From the NCBI GenBank assembly GCA_964616615.1, contig CAZTRJ010000005.1:1-44536 (forward strand): 44,536 nt of DNA, written 5' to 3'. A program made the position numbers and the translations under genes. The DNA comes from an uncultured Dehalococcoidales bacterium. GTDB lineage: Bacteria; Chloroflexota; Dehalococcoidia; Dehalococcoidales; DAOVUZ01. Below are positions 38,169-44,536 of the stretch, one piece after another (positions within the stretch are counted from its first letter, which is position 1; each line of letters starts with the position of its first letter). The notes beneath the pieces are model-generated. The model made no database searches and was not told the origin of the DNA. It saw nothing but the letters and a program-made list of their open reading frames with translations.

Positions 38169-39020
38169 ATGGCGAAGATAGCTTGTGCTGTTGATGAAAT
38201 ACGAAGCCTAACCTCTGATGAAATCAAAACCATTCTGGATAGGGACAAAAAGGGTGAGTTTCTCCTTCTGGATGTTAGGCAGCCTGAGGAGTACGAAGCC
38301 GGACACATCCCAGGAGCTACGCTTATCCCGCTGGGCGAACTGGAAGCTAGGCAGGGAGAATTAGACCGGAATAAGAAGATTATCGCCTACTGTCGCTCAG
38401 GGCGCAGGAGCATGGCAGCAGCTATAGCTCTATGTGGGCTGGGATTCAACGGTGTTCAGCACTTGGACGGCGGTATTCTTGACTGGTCTTATGAGACTAT
38501 CACCGGAATACCTGAACGGAGACCGGTGTCGGTAGCTGAAGCAGCTGATGTTAGAGATATCCTCATGCTGGCTATCAAACTGGAGAAAGGCTCACAGGAC
38601 TTTTATATGGTAGCCAGGGATAAGGCCCAGTCATCCCGCATAAAAGAAACTTTCCAGATTCTGGCCAACGCCGAAGACGGACACATGCAGAGGTTGTATG
38701 AGCGTGCGATTAGTCTGCTCGGCGAGGAGGTTCTGCCACCTTTGGAGAAGCTTAAGCAGGAACTAAAGGTGGAACACATGGAAGGCGGTATTGAAATCAG
38801 TCCAGCCCTAGCTAAGTTAGACGAGAAATTCGTTGATGAGATGGAAGCACTGGAGATAGCATTGGAGAAGGAATACATGTCATACGATTTCTATAAGCGG
38901 GCTTCGACCTTGGTGGAGAACCCAGATGCGAAAACACTACTCCATGAGTTAGCTCTGGAGGAGCGGAATCATGCTAATACTCTACTCAAGTGGGTGGCAG
39001 AAATCGTCAGGAAAAGATAG
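38169..39020 (+). CDS. rhodanese fused to a ferritin-like diiron domain
   Basis: LDVRQPEEY..GHIPGA, YCRSGRRS; then LEKGS..FY, EDGH, LEKE..SY.FY, ERNH. Confidence 0.88.
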   Translation: MAKIACAVDEIRSLTSDEIKTILDRDKKGEFLLLDVRQPEEYEAGHIPGATLIPLGELEARQGELDRNKKIIAYCRSGRRSMAAAIALCGLGFNGVQHLDGGILDWSYETITGIPERRPVSVAEAADVRDILMLAIKLEKGSQDFYMVARDKAQSSRIKETFQILANAEDGHMQRLYERAISLLGEEVLPPLEKLKQELKVEHMEGGIEISPALAKLDEKFVDEMEALEIALEKEYMSYDFYKRASTLVENPDAKTLLHELALEERNHANTLLKWVAEIVRKR

Positions 39021-39038
39021 CTGAAAAGGAGGCCGGGG

Positions 39039-40409
39039 GTGGTCTTTGAACGCATAAAATCAGAAGGAATTGCCCACAATTCTTACCTGATTGGTTCAGG
39101 AAGCGACGCAACTGTGATTGATCCTCGACGCGACTGCCAGACTTATGTTGAGCTGGCTCAGCAGCACGGCTTAAAAATCAAGCATATCTTTGAGACCCAC
39201 CGTAATGAGGACTATGTAATCGGCTCCGTAGAGCTGAATAATCTGACTGGAGCTGAAATCTACCACGGCCCAGGGCTGGAGTGGAAATACGGTAATACAT
39301 TAAAAGACGGTCAGGAATTTCAAGTCGGCAGTTTAAGGTTAACGGCTATCCATACCATAGGACATACTGATGAGAGTATGTCCTATGCCGTGGCTGACCT
39401 CTCCTCGGGTAAAGCTACGGTAATGGTATTTACTGGAGATGCACTCTTTGTGAATGATGTCGGGAGAACTGACCTCTATGGTCCCCAAGATGCACCGAGG
39501 CTGGCCTCAAATCTATATGACAGTATCTTTAACAAGCTCCTTCCCCTGGGTGACGAGGTTATCCTGTGTCCTGCTCACGGTGCGGGCTCAGTCTGTGGAC
39601 TGAATATTGCTGACCGGGATGAAAGCACCCTTGGTATAGAGAGAGCCCAAAACCCACTACTTCAGAAGAATAGAGATGACTTCATAAAACATAAAGTAGC
39701 TGAGCAGCCAGAGAGGCCCCATTACTTCCGCCAGATGGAGAAGTATAACCTAGAAGGTCCTCCCCTGCTGGGATGTATGCCTTTGCCTTCTCCGCTTACC
39801 CCAAGTGAATTCAGGGAGAAAATGGAAAAGGGGGCAGTGGTGGTGGATACCAGCGAACCGACTGCCTTCGGCGGTGCCCATATCAAGGGAGCCTACAGTA
39901 TCTGGCTCGAGGGGCTACCTGCCTTTGCCGGCTGGGTACTATCTTACGATAGGCCCATACTACTGGTATTAGAAGACCAGTGTCATCTGGAGAGAGCAGT
40001 TCGCTACTTAATTCGTGCTGGCTATGACCAGATAACGGGCTACCTCAAGGATGGTACCGAGGGCTGGTATAATGCCGGGTTTCCTACCGAAAGTCTGCCC
40101 TTGCTTTCGGTATACCAACTCAAGGATAAGATAGACCGAGGTGAAGAGCTATTAGTGCTGGATACCAGAGGGCAGAACGAGTGGGACTCAGGACATATAG
40201 AGGGAGCACTTCATATATATGTCGGGCACCTTGAGCAGAGATTAGCTGAAGTGCCTAGAGGTAAACCGGTGGCAGTGATTTGCAACGTGGGACATAGGGC
40301 CGGGCTTGGTGCCAGTATCCTCCTCCGTGCTGGCTACCAACAGGTATACAATGTTCTGGGCAGTGTAAAGGCATGGGTCGCTGCCGGTTTTCCTACCACT
40401 ACTGATTAG
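39039..40409 (+). CDS. MBL-fold persulfide dioxygenase-like protein with two rhodanese domains (CstB-like)
   Basis: ETHRNED, GHT, TGD, PAHGAGSVCG; Cys-less middle rhodanese; C-terminal ICNVGHRA. Confidence 0.85.
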   Translation: MVFERIKSEGIAHNSYLIGSGSDATVIDPRRDCQTYVELAQQHGLKIKHIFETHRNEDYVIGSVELNNLTGAEIYHGPGLEWKYGNTLKDGQEFQVGSLRLTAIHTIGHTDESMSYAVADLSSGKATVMVFTGDALFVNDVGRTDLYGPQDAPRLASNLYDSIFNKLLPLGDEVILCPAHGAGSVCGLNIADRDESTLGIERAQNPLLQKNRDDFIKHKVAEQPERPHYFRQMEKYNLEGPPLLGCMPLPSPLTPSEFREKMEKGAVVVDTSEPTAFGGAHIKGAYSIWLEGLPAFAGWVLSYDRPILLVLEDQCHLERAVRYLIRAGYDQITGYLKDGTEGWYNAGFPTESLPLLSVYQLKDKIDRGEELLVLDTRGQNEWDSGHIEGALHIYVGHLEQRLAEVPRGKPVAVICNVGHRAGLGASILLRAGYQQVYNVLGSVKAWVAAGFPTTTD

Positions 40410-40424
40410 TCAGGAGGGTTAAGG

Positions 40425-40880
40425 ATGCTAGATGAATTGACTGACCTATTGGATACTGCCATATATAAAGAGATTGCGTCTCAAGCTTTCTATATAGCTG
40501 GACAAAGCAAAACGCAAGACCCTGGTGCCAAGGCGTTGATGAAGGAGCTAGCCGAAGAAGAGTCAAGGCATTCAGAGTGGCTGAAGGAGCTTAAGGGAAA
40601 ATGGGTAGGAAAGCAGGATTGGCACCAGGAGAGGGTGCAGAACCTGAAGATTAGTGAGTATCTGACTGGTGGCGAGATGCTGGAAGGTGCCAGCCTCCAG
40701 GACACGCTTACTTTCGCTATGAAGCGTGAGCAACAGTCTATTGAGTTCTACTCAAAATTGATGAGTGTAATGAGAGACGAGGCAGCAAAACGCCTCTGTG
40801 AAAGGCTAGTCCATGAGGAACTCAAGCACAAGCTGATATTGGAGACGTTCTACGATGACTTTTTCTATGGAGAGGACTGA
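40425..40880 (+). CDS. ferritin-like (rubrerythrin diiron) protein
   Basis: AIYKE.AS..FY, ESRH, REQQS.EFY, ELKH. Confidence 0.85.
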   Translation: MLDELTDLLDTAIYKEIASQAFYIAGQSKTQDPGAKALMKELAEEESRHSEWLKELKGKWVGKQDWHQERVQNLKISEYLTGGEMLEGASLQDTLTFAMKREQQSIEFYSKLMSVMRDEAAKRLCERLVHEELKHKLILETFYDDFFYGED

Positions 40881-40929
40881 GCAGTTGTCTTGTTATCGTT
40901 AGCAAAATCAGGATACAGGGAGGTGGAGG

Positions 40930-41256
40930 ATGGAGATTTTTCGTGGCAAAGTTCACTTACCCGGTGCCGATAAAGAATGGAATGTAGAATTGGAGATAGA
41001 CTGGGGGGAAAGGGAAGTTAATGTTCATATTGATGACGCTCCGGGGGGGTTCGCAGATTGGCCTGGTCTGGTCGTGCAAACCTTCGGTATGGAGGAGATA
41101 GCATTCAGGACTAAAGGCATACCCCCGCTATTTACACACTGGTGGCATTTTGTCCGTAGTGGAAGTGGTGACCTATGGGGGATTGTACTAGCCTTACCTG
41201 ATGCTCAAGGCGTATGGAGAACCTGCCCTGTGTCACTTGAGAAAGTTAAGCAATAG
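40930..41256 (+). CDS. hypothetical protein (Trp-rich, predicted beta)
   Basis: Strong GGAGGTGGAGG SD, co-oriented in the arm; no family recognised. Confidence 0.7.
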   Translation: MEIFRGKVHLPGADKEWNVELEIDWGEREVNVHIDDAPGGFADWPGLVVQTFGMEEIAFRTKGIPPLFTHWWHFVRSGSGDLWGIVLALPDAQGVWRTCPVSLEKVKQ

Positions 41257-41541
41257 CGCGGTAACTATAATAGAGAAGTCAACTACGAACCAGGCACGCT
41301 TACTAGTAGACAGTAAACCAGCAAAGGAGTTACTCCAGAGAGCGGCCGGGGTAACGTAAAACATATGCAGTAAAGGGGGTAAAATGTAGCAAAAGTAAAC
41401 AAATAAGATTACCGGAGTGTTGTTTAGAAAATACTTCGCGGCAAAAATATAAATGCGAGGTAAGGAGGTTTTTTATGAAAAAGGTACTATTCCGGTATTA
41501 GCGGCGCGACTGAAAAGGTAATAAAACTTAACAAAGGAGTT

Positions 41542-42261
41542 ATGATGATGAAAACATTTATTATTGTCGGGATTCTACTTCTGGCTACATTAATAGTGGG
41601 TGGTTGTACGCAACAACAGGGATCCCCCCAGGATACGTATATCGATGTCACTCCTGCCGAAGCCAAGGCGTTAATCAACGAAAACCCGGATTTAATCGTA
41701 ATCGATGTTTCACCGGCTTACGCGGATGGGCACCTGCCGGGAGCGGTGAGCTACTATCTGGGTGACGGCTCGCTGGATGCAGCGATTCCGATGCTGGACC
41801 AGAACGCAACATACCTGGTCTACTGCCATGTGGAGAGTGTGGCGATTCAGGGAGCGCAGAAGCTGGTGGATGCCGGATTCATGAACGTGTATCGGCTGGA
41901 GGGTAACTACGCGGCCTGGGTTGATGCCGGTTATCCGATAGAGTATGTGTATGTTGATATCACTGCTGCCGAAGCCAAGGCATTAATCGACGAAAACCCG
42001 GATTTAATCGTAATCGATGTTTCACCGGCTTACGCGGATGGGCACCTGCCGGGAGCGGTGAGCTACTATCTGGGTGACGGCTCGCTGGATGCAGCGATTC
42101 CGATGCTGGACCAGAACGCAACATACCTGGTCTACTGCCATGTGGAGAGTGTGGCGATTCAGGGAGCGCAGAAGCTGGTGGATGCCGGATTCATGAACGT
42201 GTATCGGCTGGAGGGTAACTACGCGGCCTGGGTTGATGCCGGCTACCCGATAGAAACATAG
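41542..42261 (+). CDS. lipoprotein with two tandem rhodanese domains
   Basis: Signal peptide with IVGGC lipobox; two copies of VIDVS..Y..GHLPGA, VYCHVESV, LEGNY.AW. Confidence 0.85.
   Translation: MMMKTFIIVGILLLATLIVGGCTQQQGSPQDTYIDVTPAEAKALINENPDLIVIDVSPAYADGHLPGAVSYYLGDGSLDAAIPMLDQNATYLVYCHVESVAIQGAQKLVDAGFMNVYRLEGNYAAWVDAGYPIEYVYVDITAAEAKALIDENPDLIVIDVSPAYADGHLPGAVSYYLGDGSLDAAIPMLDQNATYLVYCHVESVAIQGAQKLVDAGFMNVYRLEGNYAAWVDAGYPIET
41656..42255 (+). repeat. 312-bp-period tandem duplication
   Basis: 41678-41930 is identical to 41990-42242 (253 bp). Confidence 0.92.
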
Positions 42262-42279
42262 CAGATAATAAGAGGTATT

Positions 42280-44304
42280 ATGTCTAATCGCCTGGCTACG
42301 GAAACAAGCCCATATTTATTGCAGCATGCTGATAATCCGGTAGACTGGTATCCCTGGGGGGAGGAAGCACTCAACCGTGCCCGAGCCAAGGACAGGCCTA
42401 TTCTGTTGAGTATCGGTTACTCGGCATGTCACTGGTGCCACGTTATGGCGCATGAGTGCTTTGAGAACAACGAGATTGCTCGCCTAATGAACGAGAACTT
42501 TGTTAATATCAAGGTCGATAGGGAAGAGCGTCCTGACCTTGATGCCATCTATATGGAGGCAGTACAGACAATTACCGGCGGCGGTGGCTGGCCTCTAACT
42601 GTATTTTTAACCCCGGTGGGTAAGCCTTTCTTCGGTGGTACCTATTTTCCACCGGAAGATAGGCACGGTATGCCTGGTTTTCCCAGAGTCCTCAGGGCTG
42701 TTGCTGATGCCTACCAAAACCGCCGTAGCGAGATTGAGATGGCGGTCCAACAAATAGTGAGGGCGTTGACTTTAAAGACCGAGAGTAGTGCTGTTAGAGA
42801 GCCGTTAGTAACGAATATTCTTGAGCAAGCCTATCGGGGTCTCGGACAGTACTTTGATAGTGACAACGGTGGCTTTGGAACAGCACCTAAATTCCCCCAG
42901 CCAATGGCACTTGAATTCCTGCTGAGATATTTCCACCGTAGTCAGGATACAGGTGCTTTGGAAATGGTGGGCTTGACCTTGGAAAAGATGGCTGGGGGCG
43001 GCATCTACGACCAACTTGGAGGTGGCTTCCATCGCTACGCCACAGATAGCTCTTGGCTGATTCCACATTTTGAGAAGATGCTATATGATAATGCTTTGCT
43101 CAGCAGGGTATACTTACATGCTTACTTAGTTACTGGCAAGCAGTTATTTCGCTCTATAGCTGAAGAGACCCTGGACTATGTGCTCAGAGACATGACTGAC
43201 CCGCGGGGCGGCTTTTACAGCACTCAGGATGCCGATAGCGAAGGCGTTGAGGGCAAATACTATTTGTGGACGTCTCGAGAAATCGACGAGGCTCTGGATA
43301 AAAAGACCAGTCAGATAGTTGGTAATTATTTCGGCGTTACTGCTCAAGGCAATTTTGATGGTCAAAATATTCTCCATGTTGTTGCCGAACTTGAGCCAGA
43401 AGCGTCAAGCATTATCAAGGAGGCAAAGGTTTCTTTACTGCAAAGGAGAGAGCAGAGAGTCAAACCAGGTCGAGATGAAAAGATATTAGCTTCTTGGAAT
43501 GGGCTGATGTTAGGCACTCTGTCCGAAGCGGCCTGTGCCCTTGAACGCGAGGATTATTTAGCTGCTGCGGTAGCCAATGGCTCATTTCTGTTGAACTCAA
43601 TGATTCCAGACGGATATCTCAAACATACTTACAAGGATGGTCGTACTAATATGGGCGGTGCTTACCTTCAGGATTATGCCCTAGTCATTGAAGGGCTTCT
43701 GTCTTTACATCAAGCCACTTTTTCTGGCGAATATCTCAGGCAGGCCTTCAGGCTAGGTAAAGTTATGGTTGAGCAGTTCTGGGACGAGGCTATACATACG
43801 TTTTACGACACCAGTGACAGGCACGAGGGTTTGTTTGTCCGTCCCAGGGGCACATACGATGGAGCGCTACCATCAGGTCCTTCGGCTGCTACTCTAGTCC
43901 TAATCAAACTGGCCAAGCTGACTGACGATGAACAATTCGAACAAATAGCAATGAGGTCACTTGAATTAATGCAAGAATCGATGCGTCAGCACCCTCTCGG
44001 CTTCAGTAATTGGCTTTGTGCCTTAGACCTGTACCTCTCCACTCCAAAAGAAGTTGCTATTATAGGCCCTAGAGACAATCCAGAAACTTCAGAGCTGTTG
44101 CATATCTTATGTAGTAATTGGTTGCCTAATAAAGTAGTCGCCGCATATGACCCTAATGACCCAGCCCCAGTTTCGGAGCTCAAGCTATTTAAGGATAGGC
44201 AAATGGTTGACAATCAACCTACGGTTTATATATGTGAGCACTATACTTGCCAAGCACCGGTTACTGACCCATCTGCACTTTGTGCTCAGCTACAAGGAAG
44301 GTAA
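42280..44304 (+). CDS. thioredoxin-domain DUF255 protein (YyaL/SPATA20-like)
   Basis: [39 protein letters not shown]. Confidence 0.93.
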   Translation: MSNRLATETSPYLLQHADNPVDWYPWGEEALNRARAKDRPILLSIGYSACHWCHVMAHECFENNEIARLMNENFVNIKVDREERPDLDAIYMEAVQTITGGGGWPLTVFLTPVGKPFFGGTYFPPEDRHGMPGFPRVLRAVADAYQNRRSEIEMAVQQIVRALTLKTESSAVREPLVTNILEQAYRGLGQYFDSDNGGFGTAPKFPQPMALEFLLRYFHRSQDTGALEMVGLTLEKMAGGGIYDQLGGGFHRYATDSSWLIPHFEKMLYDNALLSRVYLHAYLVTGKQLFRSIAEETLDYVLRDMTDPRGGFYSTQDADSEGVEGKYYLWTSREIDEALDKKTSQIVGNYFGVTAQGNFDGQNILHVVAELEPEASSIIKEAKVSLLQRREQRVKPGRDEKILASWNGLMLGTLSEAACALEREDYLAAAVANGSFLLNSMIPDGYLKHTYKDGRTNMGGAYLQDYALVIEGLLSLHQATFSGEYLRQAFRLGKVMVEQFWDEAIHTFYDTSDRHEGLFVRPRGTYDGALPSGPSAATLVLIKLAKLTDDEQFEQIAMRSLELMQESMRQHPLGFSNWLCALDLYLSTPKEVAIIGPRDNPETSELLHILCSNWLPNKVVAAYDPNDPAPVSELKLFKDRQMVDNQPTVYICEHYTCQAPVTDPSALCAQLQGR

Positions 44305-44321
44305 AGTTGCGCCTAACATAC

Positions 44322-44350
44322 TTGACTGCGTAATGTGACAGCAATATAAT
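44322..44350 (+). promoter_or_regulatory. sigma70 promoter upstream of tRNA-Val
   Basis: TTGACT-17 nt-TATAAT. Confidence 0.75.
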
Positions 44351-44462
44351 ATCATTCAAGAGCGAAGCAGGAGGTGCTGAGACTTGTGTCACCAGCTAAA
44401 AAAGAGACCTCTTGCTTTGGCAGATTTTCGCCCGGATTTGAGGACAAGCTAGCTACGATTGG

Positions 44463-44536
44463 GGGCGGTTAGCTCAGTGGTTAGAGCGCTTGCTTCACAC
44501 GCAAGAGGTCACTGGTTCAAGTCCAGTATCGCCCAC
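44463..44536 (+). tRNA. tRNA-Val(CAC)
   Basis: GGGCGGT/ATCGCCC acceptor stem, CTTGC-TTCACAC-GCAAG anticodon arm, GGTTCAAGTCC T loop; the window ends at its 3' end. Confidence 0.95.

Noticed and set aside
23185-44304. Island as a tRNA-Val-integrated mobile element
   Set aside because: No integrase and no duplicated tRNA fragment were seen; the island lies 5' of the tRNA, whereas integration usually adds DNA on the 3' side.

Overview
Chromosomal window from an anaerobic bacterium, most likely Dehalococcoidia/Chloroflexota (inferred from gene content and order). It runs from tRNA-Met(CAT) to tRNA-Val(CAC). The left half (1-23 kb) is mostly housekeeping: degV, dUTPase, dCMP deaminase and an NMP-kinase-like gene, tRNA nucleotidyltransferase, rubrerythrin, ispE, rsmA, large (Alu-type) SRP RNA, thiL-tsaE-tsaB, ndk, rsfS, and DUF177-rpmF-fabD-fabG-nusB-acpP followed by two radical SAM genes. 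Five copies of a G/C-run palindromic intergenic repeat punctuate this half. It also holds a small accessory spot with a HEPN-like gene and a GIY-YIG gene, the latter inside a 523-bp transposase-less element with perfect 22-bp inverted repeats. The right half (23-44 kb) is a mirror-symmetric, regulon-like island. A divergent OmpR-family regulator and Cys-rich GAF-PAS kinase (the kinase has a nonsense codon in its G1 box) are bracketed by two 64-bp inverted, 91%-identical promoter/operator blocks. The leftward arm is pfpI-cooS-tusA-dsrE-iscS-like-iscU/DUF59-ZIP-copA-YHS. The rightward arm has hsp20, SOD, an iron-sulfur flavoprotein, four ferritin-like domains, a Rieske protein, a CstB-like persulfide dioxygenase, rhodaneses and a DUF255 protein. 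Best candidate for an undescribed system: the IscS homolog has lost its PLP-binding Lys (K to T) and PLP-stacking His (H to D) but keeps the catalytic Cys, and lies between the sulfur carriers TusA/DsrE and an IscU-DUF59 scaffold just downstream of a CO dehydrogenase. This suggests a cysteine-independent persulfide-relay route for Fe-S assembly or repair. All calls come from reading motifs by eye; no searches were run.
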